Notes: generated from the sequence alone by a model not told the origin. Positions 35,970 through 49,069 are shown, counted from the first letter of the stretch. The stretch is 64,000 nt of DNA from Vicugna vicugna (GCA_013265495.1 MU058065.1:5578302-5642301); one strand, 5' to 3'. A program made the numbers and translations.

Positions 35970-37440
35970 TAGAACTCCATTAGCAACCCCTGAAATCCAA
36001 CTCTGTACCGCACCCCACAGCTGAACATGGTTAGCAAAAATCAGGTACCAACCCCCACCAGTCTTAATGTAATTCATTTTCATGGCCTCAGCCGCATCCT
36101 CATGTCGCCTGGCCATCATACTTCATTACCCCATCCACTTGCCCCGCCACCCTCCTAGAGATGACTGTCCTCTCTCCTCCACCTCCAGCACCTCCTCTCC
36201 CATCCCTCCTCTCAGCTGCTAACCTTGCCTCCTACCTCACTGAGAAAACCAAAGTTCGCAGAAAAGAACTGCCACAGTCGCCCACCTCCACTCCTACCCC
36301 CTCGCCAGCATCTGCTCCCATAAACTCTGCCTTCCCCACTTTCCTATGGCTGGACTGTTTTTGCCCCTACAGAAGACCAGCCTCCCCACTTGCATCTTGG
36401 ATCCCACCCAGGACATGGCTCCAACAGCCCTCTCTTCACTCTCCTATGCTATCAAAAGTTTCCTTCTCTACTGGATTATTTCCACCAGCATGTTATTTCT
36501 TTCCTCGTAAAAAATAGATAAATAAAATTTTTTTATTTAAAAAATAAAATGAAAAACCTTCCTCACTCTACTCTCTCTCCAATCAACAAAACTCCTTCTA
36601 AGAGTTGTCAGTACAAATCCTCTCTTTCTCTTGCACACTCCTTCCAATCAAATGATGGCCCCGTCACACCACCAAAACTGCCCTTGTCAAAGTCACCAGT
36701 GACATCCCAGCGGCTGAATCTGAGCATCAGTGCTTAGGGCTCGTCCTGGACATCACTGGACTTTGCTCACTTGGTTTTCAGGCCATCACCTTCTTGCAGT
36801 CTTCCTCCCACCTCATGGCCATTCCTTCTCATTTTCCTTCATGTCATCCTCTTGATCTCCCCAACCGTCTTGCACTGGAGAGCCGGGGTTCAGCATTTGA
36901 GTCACTTTTTTCCTCCACGTACCCCCCTCCCCTGGTGATCTCATTTTGTCCCAGTGGATCTCAGTCGCTCACTGATGATTCCCAGATTTTTATATCTCTA
37001 GCTAGAACCTCTCTCTGAACTCTAGACTCATGGATCCAAATGCCTACTCATTCTCCCCGTTAGGATGTCTAACAGACATAACCCACACTGATATCCTGAT
37101 ACTTTCTCACCCCCAAATGTGTTCTTCCATAAAGTCTGTCCCGCCCAGAGGCTGGGAAATTCAGCCCTTCCAGTTGTTCAGAACAAAAACTTCAAAGGCG
37201 TCCTCTCCTCCCTCCCTTTCATGCTGACTCTACCTCCAAAATATACCTAGCATCCAACAGCTTCTCCCCATTGCATCAAGACCCCCATCCTCCAAACCAC
37301 ATCACTTGTTATCTTGATTACTTACTTTACCTTGCTCCCTTACTAGTTACCCCCAGCGTAGCAGAGTGAATCTATTAAAACAGACGTCAGATCACGTCAC
37401 TCCTCTGCTTAAAACCCCCCAGTGGCTCCCAGCCCACTCA
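35970..37440 (+). mobile_element. L2 (long pyrimidine-rich ORF2-derived segment)
   Basis: accttgcctcctacctcactgagaaaa...aaaactgcccttgtcaaagtcaccagtgacatcc...actgatgattcccagatt...cagatcacgtcactcctctgcttaaaacccccagtggctccc. Confidence 0.85.
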
Positions 37441-39469
37441 CTCCTACATGAGGAAACCACCTTAACAGGATTCTTCAGTCGTGCCTCCTCCTGCACGACG
37501 GCTACAGAGATGTCACTTCTTTGAGGCATACTGAATAGAAGTCATTGATATGGACAATCTGTTTATTAGGAACTGTTACAACCAGCTAATCATTTCATTC
37601 ACAAACAACCAACTAACCCTCCATCCTGGAATCCTTTTGACTAATTCAAATCAGGTGTGATCCCATGCCCTCCAGGGGAGCAGTGGGGTATCCAGTTTGC
37701 CAGCCCCGGAGCCATCCATCCCTCTGGCTTTAAACTCCTGATGTTCCAGGATATTCCGTCCCCTGACAAGCCTCCAGTCACCCAACTGCATGCAGGTGCA
37801 CAGATCTGACTCTGTAGCTGCAGCAGCTCCTGCTGGTATCGGCGCAGCTGTTTCTTTTCATGAGCCTCTTTTGTGCAGTGACATCTCTGGAAAAAAAAAA
37901 TAGGAGGAGCATATTGAATTTCAGGAGATGAACCAGCTGGCTTAACCCAGAGGAGGAAGAAAAAGATGACATGGTCCATGGGACACTTTTCATGAGAACG
38001 TGGTTCCAGAAATCCAGGTCCGACAGGGTGTTGCACAGTGTTAATCTTGCCCCTGAGATATGGATTAAGGAGATTCTGCCTGTACAGATGCATGCTTTGC
38101 AAAAATCCCTCCAACTCTGGAATGCAGACAAAGCTCAGGCACTCAAAATCTGAACACTGTCACTATGGTGCACTCTGGTTTCAAATTCTCTTTGCTTTCT
38201 TTCTGGCTGTATTTTTTTTTCCAGGTGCAGAGACTGGTTAAGTGACCACAGCATACTCTTACTTACCAACACCAGTGCTGACTGCTTGAGGACCCAGCTA
38301 GCCAGACTGGCACGGGGGCCAACATGCGACTTTCTGACCTTGTAATTGCCAATATGGAGCTGTTTGTTTTTTCAGAAGTGTCTAAAACATATGCGACAGG
38401 TATAAAGTTTCCACATAAGCCAACCTCTGTGGTTCATTCTGATCTAAACACACTGCTTCCCACAGCTGGGCTGAGAATATTCCTTCCAGTCCTATCTTTT
38501 TGAGGAGTCCCCTGCTTGGAGATTTTCAAGATGGAATTTGGCCATGTCTCCTATGTGACAAAATCTTAAACCGACACTTCTTGCTGCCAGAAAAATAGCA
38601 ACCTAGCCCAGGAAGAAATCAAGGCTGCATTTCCGTTAAACAAGATTATGAACATGGTAGAAAGGAGATCATTTTGTTAATGATCAAATATACAGGCTTC
38701 AGCCAATTACAGCGTTGAAGCAAATATCCATAGGTAGAATCCTTCACTGGAGCTAATCATTACAGCAAATGACATTTGAAACTTTTTTCCCCTAACTGCA
38801 GGAATTGAAAGTTAAAACAACTTGCCAGCAGAGCATTTGCTCTTCTGAGCTCAAAGCACACTTGCTCCAAATTGCAGAGCCTTGAACTCAAATGGGACAA
38901 TACCTCCATCTGCCCGAATGAGCTAAACAGAACTTGCAGTGAAATTCTCTAATGTCGGTAGCAACAAAAGCTGAGTCCCGGCCAAGCTACAGAGAAGGGA
39001 GTCAGGTGCCAGAATCAAGTAAGCCCCAAGCAACCCACCTCGGTTCTTGTCCTGGTGTCCCCTGTCATTCCTTAGTCCAGGCGGCCCGGATGGTTAACCA
39101 GAACTAACCAAGAGAACCAGGCCTCTGAGGGCCAACTAGTTCTGCTCCAGTTTTCAGTCCAAGACTGCACCTCTCACTTGGTCATCCATCTTAAAATGCA
39201 AGTCTCTTCTCTCCTCAGAGCAACTGGCCCTTCCAAGTGGAGGGGAAAATCCTTCACCTTTGCTAAAACGGCTCAAATCAAAGTTTACACTGCTGATTGG
39301 AGCCCAGCAGCATCAAAGAGTGGAAGAAAAGGCTGCTCCTATGGATTCTAGATTGGTCAATAAAATATGGAGTGACTATCCCATTCAAAAGAGGCCTCCT
39401 TTTTCACATTCTAATGCAATAAATATGCACTTCGTGCCTAGCAATTATTCACGTTTAATGTCATAATAA

Positions 39470-39700
39470 TAAGCCCTTGCGTTTTTGTAGGGCTTTACAG
39501 TTTATAACACACTTTCCAACATGTTAATATTTTTTAGTCTCATTAGATAACAAGGCAGGCATTATTATTATCCCCCCACCACCACACAGATTAAAAAAGA
39601 AGAAGAAATGGAAGCTCAAAGAGATCGAGTAATTTGCCCAAAGTCATGCTATGAAGCCATCAGAGAAACCCCAGGTCCCATCCCAGGTGCTCACCCCTAC
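39470..39700 (-). mobile_element. MIR (MIR3/MIRc-like)
   Basis: gggctttacagttt...ggcaggcattattatatcccc...gaaatggaagctcaaagaga..gagtaatttgcccaaagtca. Confidence 0.65.
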
Positions 39701-41476
39701 CCACTATTTCCTAGATGAGTGGATTTTGACACTTGCCCCTGGAGAAATACCAAAAAGCTCAAAGTTGCAACTCTGATCAATCTCATATGTGCAGATAACA
39801 TGGAAGGAGAAGAAATAGTGATTTTTTTCCCCCTCATGCCCCCATCCCCACCCCTACCCAGAACAACTGGGTCCACATGACTATGACCAAAACAATGACA
39901 ATCCACCGCACTGGTCCTTCTCACCAGCCACTGAGGGATCAGGGGCCCAAGGACTAAAGACGTCTCACTGCTCCTCCTCCCTCAGCCCACTGCCACCTAG
40001 CATCCTTAGAGTAGAAGCCCCGGAGGGCAGGGACTGGGTCATACTTGCCTTGGGATGGTCTCCCTCGTAGAGTTCATTTCACTTACCAACGATTTACTAA
40101 ATATCCAGTCCTTATCAATCTGGAAAAGTCAGAGTTTATCCTGGGGTAGAGCAAGGAGCCTGGCGTGGACCACCTAGCTTCCTCACTCATCACCGTCCAC
40201 CAGACTCCCAGGCTGCTGACTCTCCCCTGAGAGAACATAAGAGACAGGCTCCATGGCCACAAGGACAGGCAGTGGTCTGTATCCAAACACAGCCTCTGAG
40301 TTTTGAAACCATCTATTATTTTCTATCTAAAGGATTGTCTACATGCAATATCCTTTGATACTGAACATAATGATGTGTAAAGAGAATATATTTTAGACTA
40401 CACCCCCTGGGGTGAAACTGAAGGAATTTGCTCATCTCTAAGGCAGTTCTATGGCCTGGACCAGCAGCGCAGCACCTCTGCAGGACACTGGAACAGTAAG
40501 AGTGGACAGGGCACATAGGTCCAAGCTGCCGACCAGGATTAGATGGAATAAGGAATATTAAGAGAGTCCACAAGTCAAAGGAAGAACGGAACATATGTGG
40601 CACCAGGTGGTCTCTGACCCATCCACAGCAAACACATCAACTGACACAGCACCCTTCAACTCAGCCAGGGAGTCTGACCCTTGTGGGTACCACACTTCAA
40701 GTGGCTACCTCCATTCGGTTGGGGTCAGCAAGCAAAATGTCACCTGTTTGCCATCCTTGTGTTCACAAGCATTTCCTCTTGCTAGAGACCACATTTCACA
40801 TCTGAGGACTAAACCATGGTGCTTCCTCATACTTTCCCTGATGCCAAGATTCCTGATGTCAGAGCAGCAATCCAGCTCTGATCTCCTAGATTCTTGACCT
40901 CACCTCTTTGCACCTTCCCCATCACCAGTCCCCAACATCCACCCTCAGACCCTGACCTCTGACCAGGGATTGCTGGTGACCTGCTCCCACTCTTGATTCC
41001 TGTTCTGCCTGACAGCCTTCCTGTCATTCCTCCTCTTGACCCAGACTTACCCATCCACTCACAGGGGCTCAGCACAAAGTACCTTGACTAGGTCAAGATT
41101 GCCTTCCATGACTGCATAAGCACAGCACAAGTTCCCTGGAGAGCTGAAACGAGACATGGCAGGGCGGGAAAATTCCAGGGTAATAAAGGAGAAAGGGACA
41201 AGCTAGCCGATGGTTCCCAGAAACTCCCTCGGGCTATGGGGTTTATCTGAAGGTTGGGCCCCATCTTTATCCCTTCTGGGAAAGTGAAAGATTCCAGTCC
41301 TGGCCTTGTCTGCTTGATGGTAAACTTTCTGCCTTCGAGGTAAGGAGCAGATGTTTCCTAAGCTCCTAGGGATTTATCGGCCTTGTTCACACCTTCAGCA
41401 GACAGTTCATTGCAGGTTTAATTTATACGGTTCGATTTCACTGGTGGGACAATAACTCTGGCTCCATCTGAAGTCA

Positions 41477-42050
41477 CAAAATGGCGGCATAAGAGCAAGC
41501 CGGGCCGAGCTTGTCAGGCCCAGCCTGCGTCTCAGCCTGCCCTCCCCTCTGCGTGCTTCCACTACGGCTCACATATTCTCTGAATCCAGACAATAAAGTC
41601 CATCTCAGCTTTGCTGCCAAGGGAGGCTCTGCAGCACAGCGGGGAGAATTTCCACGGAGAAGCTGCTGGGCTGGGTTCAAAGCCCCGTCCTGCCAGCAAC
41701 CCCCTTCCCCTCTCTGGGCCTCAGTTTCTTTCTCTGTGACCTGAGGGGGTTGAGCTTAAAGATCTATCAGGTCCCTTCCCGCGCTGGCATTCTGTTGAGC
41801 GGCAGGGTTTTGGTGAAGGGAGGCTCCGGACCTCCACTCCCGGGCACCCTCCCAGCTTCCCGCAGCGCCCCTCGGCCGAAGCGGCTGCGGCTGCGGGAGA
41901 ATCACGGCTGCGGGCCGCCCCATCCCGCTGCGTGTGGGGAGCTTTGCTGCGCCTGTTTCACAGCGGGTCACGTCAAGTCAACATGTATTTCCTAAGTGCC
42001 TCTGACGAGCCCCGAAAGAGGGTGGAGCCCTGTGGGGCCTCAGCGACTTC
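41477..42050. promoter_or_regulatory. Small CpG-rich element with a YY1 motif (candidate promoter/enhancer)
   Basis: About 20 CpG counted in 41761-42000; CAAAATGGCGGC at 41477-41488; TCACGTCA at 41968-41975. Confidence 0.5.
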
Positions 42051-43306
42051 ATCTGTGAAGTGAAAGGCTTACACTCCCTGGGCTTCTAAGGTGCCTCCCA
42101 GCGCTGAAGTCCTGAGGTTCTGGATTCCACGGCGGAGGGGAGGGAGGGGAGGGAGGACCTGCCCTGGGGTGGCCAACTGGCAGCCCCACCCCTGACGTGG
42201 CCCAGGTCCTGCTCCCTTCAAGCCTGTGCACCTGGGGCCACACGTGGGCAGAGTAACCCCTAATCCAGCTATAACCCACTGGGAGACTAGGGAGTGTGTG
42301 TGTTGGGGGGGGGGGCGGTGACAAACACAGTCGTACCTCCAACACTTCTCCAAGGCTGCGTCTCAGCCCTGCCCCATCCCCACCACTCCTCCCCACCCCA
42401 CCCCCACTCCCTAGTGCGTGGGGGAGGGGCAGGTGCTTGTCTAGATGTTGGCTCCAAAGAAAGTCCCCACACACCCCACAAAGTCTCTCTCACAGACCTG
42501 CCTGAAATCCTCATCACAGGCACTCAGTTTCTTTGCATTCTAGCATCTTGCTTCCAGAAGTTTCCTGTTAAAAGCAAACGTGCCCAGAAGGGTAGCGTAC
42601 ACTCAAGGCTTTGAATTTCTCTTCCCAGTGCCAGGAGCATTTGCCTGCTCCCATCACCACTCCCCGGCCCCCAAAACAACCGACAAACGCAAAAAGAACC
42701 TCCCCCGCCAAGGGAGAGGCATGAAACCCAAATTTGTGGAGGAAAAACTAAATAGGAATGAGGAGGAAACAGTTAGGCACTGCTATCCAACTCCTACCCT
42801 GATTTATTGTATACCCTCGACAACCAGCGAAAGAAACAGGATTGAAGAAGGAGTTAGTTGGAGGAGAAGAGAGGGGTAAGGGGTCATGTAGTCATGATTT
42901 TCAAACCGACTGTGTTATTAAGGTTTTTAAGGAATAAAAATTCTCACTTAGAAGAGTCGTGAAGCCCCATCACTGTTTGTTTGACTTGGCTCCGTGTATG
43001 TCTCCTTAGATTACTTCACATGTTTATTATTTAAATGTGAATGAAAAAAATTCACTTTGAGTGGATAGATTTTGAGGGATACTTAAGTGTAGAGACACAG
43101 ATGGAAACCACAGATACAAAGAATTAGGATTCCCTCTCTCCCCTCCCCAGGGATGTCAGAGAAAAAAACGGCCTTGCCCTGCATCTAGCAGGGTTTAGGC
43201 CTGTGGAAGACTTTCCTGAAGAGAGAGTTGTTAAATCTGAAAGAGGAAATTGTGGGGGACACTTCTTTTTTCTGTAAATATTCGTAAAGCAGAATCAGTC
43301 CCTGTT

Positions 43307-43664
43307 TGTTATGGACTGAATTGTGTCCCCCTCCAAATTCATATGAGGAAGCCCTAATTCCCAGCGTGACTATATTTGGAGACAGGAGATAACTAAGATT
43401 AAATGAGGTTATCAGGGTAGGACCATGGCCTTACAGTGTCCTCATAAGAAGCAGCACCCGAGATTTCTCTTTCTGTGCGTGCAGAGAAGAGGCCACATGC
43501 GGACACAGTGTCCATCTACACATCAAGAGGAGCGGTCTCACCAGAAACCAAATTTTCCGGAAGATCTTAGACTTCTAGCCTCCCAGAACTGTAAGAAAAT
43601 ATGTGTCAGTTGTTTAAGCCACTTGGTCTGTGGTCCCTCATTAAGGCAGCCTGGCTGATGAATG
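43307..43664 (+). mobile_element. MaLR solo LTR (MLT1A/B-like)
   Basis: tgttatggactgaattgtgtccccctccaaattcatatg...agacttctagcctcccagaactgtaagaaaata...gttgtttaagccacttggtctgtgg. Confidence 0.9.
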
Positions 43665-44499
43665 TGTTTCTGCCTGAGAAAGGCAAAGAATCCAGATCAG
43701 TTAACAAATGGGGATCAACTCCTCTTCCAGGCACTGGGTTTGTGGCAGTAAATATGCCAGTGTCCCCAGCAGGGGTGGGGCAGCCTCTTGACAACACCTC
43801 CAGTCCCTGGGTTCTAGAATCAGCATCCTTTTCCCTAAAATGCAGGCTGCGGACCAATGTCACGGTACCTTCCTCAGAGCAGGTAGAGGGGTGGGCCCTG
43901 TCTGAGTGTGGAAGGCAGGGAGGCAATGGCTGTCCTCTCCCCGACAAATGTTGCCTCAGCAGGTGCAACGCTATCAAGTCCAGATCTGACCTCTCAGGAA
44001 ACACGAGGCTGATGGCTGTGGAGAAATGAGAAACAGCCACCGCCCCTCACAAACCTGAGGAGCCCAGGCAGCCCAGACGGGCCTGGAGACCTGGAATGGC
44101 TTCTTGAGCAAACAAGAACCAGTGAAGAGCCGGGCAGGGATGGTGTTAGCATGGTTACCCTCAGGAAGCCACAGAAGGCAGAAAGAGGAAAATGGGGGAT
44201 TTTAAAAGGAAATTTGGGCTAGTGTGGGCTTAAAGAAAGGAATCAGGCTGTGCCTGTGCCTGAAAGCTGGGACGATTTGCCTATGTTTTGAACAAGCTGG
44301 TTAAAATTAAGAACAGAAATCTGTATTTGATTTAAAAAAAAAACCACTTTTGTTTCAAAGCTTTTGAAGGAGAAGGAGAAGGCAGTCAGGCTATTTGTCT
44401 CTTTTTGTCCAGTAAATATTTGCATCAAAAAATTCCTTAGTGTGTCACTGTCAGAATAAGGTGATGACTGCTTCCCCCGGTACTGAGAGGGGCCTGTCA

Positions 44500-44690
44500 G
44501 CTGTGCAGTACTGGCGAGCTGGCAGACAGTGGGGCTTGGTTTCTATTGTTTGCCAATTTCTATGTTGTAAAGATTTCCCATAAGGCTGATTTCAAGCTAC
44601 CAATGGTCTAAAAATCAGCTTGCGAAATTCCTGCCTATTTATCCACAGTCTCTGGCAAGTGATGGGAGCAATTCCGACTCCATCACTCAC
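44500..44690. mobile_element. MER63A-like hAT MITE
   Basis: gtttgccaatttctatgttgtaaagatttccca...gctgatttcaagctaccaa...cagcttgcgaaattcctg. Confidence 0.7.
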
Positions 44691-47054
44691 CTACGCCTGA
44701 CCTTCTGTAGATGATACTTAAGGTTTGCCCCATATTCTGGGCACTCTATTATGAATAATCCACTTAGAATTTCATTCTATAGTCCAGTGTTATCAAACAC
44801 ACGCTTTTGTTTCTAAAACAAAACCAAAAGCAGAAGCCAGGATCGGGGTTTATTCCTCTCCAGTTTACCTTCCAGTCCCTGGCACTGGGCTCCATGCTTG
44901 ATCAATGTTCAATATATCCTCATCCTGTTTAATTCTTCTTCTTTCCCCAGAAGGAACTCACCAGGGGATTCTCTCTGAGAGTTCATGGCAGTCACCTCCA
45001 GGAGGTTATGACAACCTGCTCTTTGGTCCATGAGTCAGAGAACTGGGCAGAATTGGAGTCAGTAAGCATTGAGTAATACTTAACGAAGTGGATTAACAAG
45101 AATAGGATTATAAACATAACCTAAAGTTCTTATTGTATGTATGCAAATTATCCATTTAAGAGTACAGGTGGATAATATACCTAAACAGTGCATATGTAAG
45201 AAGATACAGCCGGTATGAAAGATGCGTCTGTTTCCACCAGCCCTCTGGCTGTGCTTCCAGCAGAAAACGCCTGCATTTCCTTGGACTAAAGAATCCCAGC
45301 AAAGCCATTCCTTGGGAAAGATAAAGGAGAAAGGGTGACCTCTGCTGGTGAAATGAGGTTTTTCATCTGGTTCTTTTCCCCAATTCAACAAAGAAAAAAG
45401 TGAGCAGAGTTGGGAGGCGGTAAGAGGGTAACAATGTCCTCCCTGAACAAATGATCTTTTCCCCAACTCTAGTCATTCTTACAATCACTTCAGCAAAAGA
45501 TCATTGTTTAGTTCACGAACTCTTCAGTGATGCTTAAAAGTAGATTCAACTAGGTTTTCCTTATGTTTAGTTATTATCCTCTAGAAAAAAATAAACACTT
45601 TTATTTGGAAATCCATAATTTGTTTTCTCTTCTTTATTTTTCTTTTTTTTTAATATTTGCTTAATGAAGTGAAGAATTTGCAATCAATTTTGAAAGGTAG
45701 GTAGGATAGACGAAAGTGCAATCTCCAAATGTCTCCTTAAGATTTACATTTATTTGTCAGATAAATACACATTTTTAGGAATGAAAAATGAAACATTTTC
45801 AAATAGTATCTACCTTTTGCAGTTCAATGTTTCATGAATAGCTTGCGATAAGTTACTTTGCTTCACAGCTCAGCAATGCTCGAAACCAAATCATTTCCAT
45901 AGTTGGTTCTCTCGTTAGGCTGCTTGATTTTGCCGGTCTGCGTATCTTTCATCATCTTTGACGAGTAAGTCTGTGTTGTGCTCCCGGCTTTCGAATAGTC
46001 TTCAAGTCAGACTTTCCCTGATCAGAGACGCCACTTTAGTTTTCAGCTTTGCCAAGTTTAAAGCAAAATACTTCATTTCAAGTTTTCCAGAGAAAAGCTG
46101 GGCAGGAGCCTTTAAAACTCCTAATTTTTAAAATTGCCTAATGCTGCTGCACATATCATTCCTATATATGTGTAAGGAGGCTTGTTGGAGGTGGAGAATG
46201 AAACGGGGACACACAGGAAAGCAGACTCGGAACCCCGATTCAGAATTGTATCAGCTGGATTATATTTGGGGGGATCATACAGCTTTGGGGAGCCATAACC
46301 ATAAAAGACATCAGTATCCAATATCATGGAACACATGCGCTATCTTCACCAATAATATTTAATAACCAAATTAAATAAAGTGTTTATTTACATGCACGTT
46401 TATATGCCTTATGTGATCAAGACTGGGGCTTTGGTGAGACGCCTTTCTTAAGCCAGCGCGCATTCCCGCCCGCTTCTCGGCCTGATGAGAGGCCAGACTA
46501 TTTCACCATCAGCACCTGTTTGGAAATCTGGCAGAGAGGACGGAGGAGAAAGAGTAAACTTAATATAGTGGGTTGGGCTGCTGTCCTGGGCCCAAACTGG
46601 AGTACAGGAGAGAATAGTCATAGAAACTGTTCTGAGAGGCCTCATTCTCAGCACACGCCGTGACCCTGGCACCCTCTTGCTTTTCTAAATCAGGTAATAA
46701 ATGGATTTGTTCTTTGCTAAGAATAACAAAGAAATCTGAAATTCCTTGAATGCAACGTTTTTGCTTCATTTTATGAAAAAAAAAGTAGATACTGAATTAA
46801 GAAATTAGCAGATACTAAATATTAGCATTTCTTCAAATGCCAGTATGCATTCAAGTTTTAAAAAATGACTAAAAAAACCAAATAATTGGATTTAATATTA
46901 ATGACAAGAAATCATAATAATGGAAGAAATATATTCCCCAAACTATAATTTTTTTCTTAACAAAAGAACCCAAGTGTAATCACTAATGTGGGCAATCAAT
47001 ACAATTAAGGCAACCATCAATTAAGTAGATCTCTACAGGTGTTTGAGTCATCTC

Positions 47055-47275
47055 TCTCATTTGATACTTATTAAGCACCTGCAGTACGTCACACACTATG
47101 CTGGGCATTAGGGAGACAATGGCTAATAAAGTCAGACCTCTTCCTAGCTTTTCTGGAGCTTTACAGTATTATGCAGGAGCCAGAAATCAGTCAGCTACTC
47201 ACGCCTTTAAATATAAAATCACAACAGTGCTGAGTGCTACAACCTAGAGGTCCATGGTGCTACTAGAGCATTGTT
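47055..47275 (-). mobile_element. L2 3' end
   Basis: atacttattaagcacctgc...cactatgctgggcattagggagacaatgg...ggagctttacagt. Confidence 0.75.
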
Positions 47276-47302
47276 TTTCTTAAATTAAAGAATTCTGTTT
47301 AA

Positions 47303-47797
47303 TTGTACAATGGAATAGTACTCAGTGATTAAAAAAGAGAATAAAATAATGCCATTTGCAGCAACATGGATGGACGTGGAGCCTGTCATTCTAAGTGAAG
47401 TAAGCCAGAAAGAGAAAGAAAAATACCATATGATATCACTTACATATGGAATCTAAAAAAAAAAGAAAGAAAAAGAAAAAAAGGACACTAATGAACTCAT
47501 CTACAAAACAGAAAAACACACAGACATAGTAAACAACCCTAACGGTTACTGAGGGAAAGGGGCTGGGAAGGCATAAATTCGGAAGTTTGAGATTTGCAAA
47601 TGTTAACCCTATATGTAAAAATAGATTAAAAAACAGATTTCTTCTGTATAGCACAGAGAACTATATTCAATATCTTGTAATATCCTTTAATGAAAAAGAA
47701 TATGAAAATTAATATATATATATGCATGACTGGGACATTATGCTGTACACCAGCTATTGACACATTGTAACTGACTATATTTCAATTTAAAAAAAAG
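47303..47797 (+). mobile_element. Young 5'-truncated L1 3' end
   Basis: ORF2 end plus 3' UTR plus poly(A); exact TSD gaattctgtttaa at 47290-47302 and 47798-47810, with a TT/AAAG endonuclease-type site. Confidence 0.95.
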
Positions 47798-47998
47798 GAA
47801 TTCTGTTTAAAAATCCATCTGCATAATAGCCAAATCCAACATTGTTGAATTCTGGCCTAGGGCAGAGAAAGCTCAAATCAGAGAACCCAAATCAACATTT
47901 TATAGACACAACATGACCAAGCAAACGCTGAAGTACTTGGTCAAAAAGGTGCCTGATTCCATTCAAGTATATTTATTCAGCATCTATGCAGTGTAAAG

Positions 47999-48160
47999 CA
48001 GTGCTTCTCAAACTTTAATATGCATGGGAATTACTGGAGGAAACAGTTCAAACACAGACTCTGAATCCACAGGCTCAGGGTAGGGCCTAAGAGTCTGCAT
48101 TTCTAACAAGCCAGGTGATGCTGATACTTCCAGTCCATTGAACATACCCTGAATAGCTCC
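47999..48160 (+). mobile_element. MER5A
   Basis: cagtgcttctcaaactttaatatgcat...gggtagggcctaagagtctgcatttctaacaagc.aggtgatgctgat. Confidence 0.85.
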
Positions 48161-48566
48161 AGTTCCAGCCAAGATGCTGAACTAGCATGATTGCTGGATC
48201 CTCACCTGACTGCCCCATCCCCACCAACCCCACAAGAACAGAAAGGTAAAGAAGAGAACATTGTAAAAAGCTTTGAGTTTACCTGGGCTGTTTTAAACTG
48301 GTGTCTCTTCCTGGGCCAGGACACAGCCCAGGAAGGTTGTGGGAAGATAATATAGAACTGGTAGAACTCTGCTCCTGCTTCCCCCAACCCTCCCCTCATC
48401 GCCTTGGGGCAGACCGGGCCTGCACTCCACCTGCGAAGACACAGAAATCTGGTGCAGAGGTCCTCAGAAGAAATAGAATAACCAGGGATACCAAATGACC
48501 CTCAAAAGTTATTTCCATATCCCTTCTCCTTCCAACACCCAGTGCTGGAGAATTACAGTCTAGTCT

Positions 48567-48747
48567 CAGTGACAGGGCTCAACCTTGGCTGCACATTGAA
48601 ATCACCTGGGGAGCTTTAAAAGCACTGCTGCTTGGATTCTACCTCCAAGGATCCAGTGAAATCCATCTGGAGCATGACCTGGGCAGCAGAACTTTTAAAA
48701 ACTTCGCAGGTGATTTCAGTGTACAGCCCAGATTCACGAAATTCTGA
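48567..48747 (+). mobile_element. MER5A1-like
   Basis: ctcaaccttggctgcacattgaaatcacctggggagctttaaaa...caggtgatttcagtgtacagcc. Confidence 0.8.
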
Positions 48748-49069
48748 GTTTCCTGTGAATGTGCTTCTCCCTGAGGAACAAAGGATGACAACCTAACCAG
48801 AGGGTTATTTTGTGGGATAAGGAGCCATTGAATGTAATTTTCTTATGTCAGAGCTCTAGACCCTGAAGCTCAGCTACCCCTAATCCCCTGATTCAATGGG
48901 GTTCTGCCTTCCCCCCATATGCACTGCCTGACAGAGGAAAGAGAAGCAGTAGCAATGTAGCAGAGTAGGAAAAAGGTGAGCCCACAAAACAGAGGAACAA
49001 GATATTTGAGGAGCACAGCCATTTCAAAACAAAAATAACCTCCTGATTCCAACTGAAGCAGGAATATTA

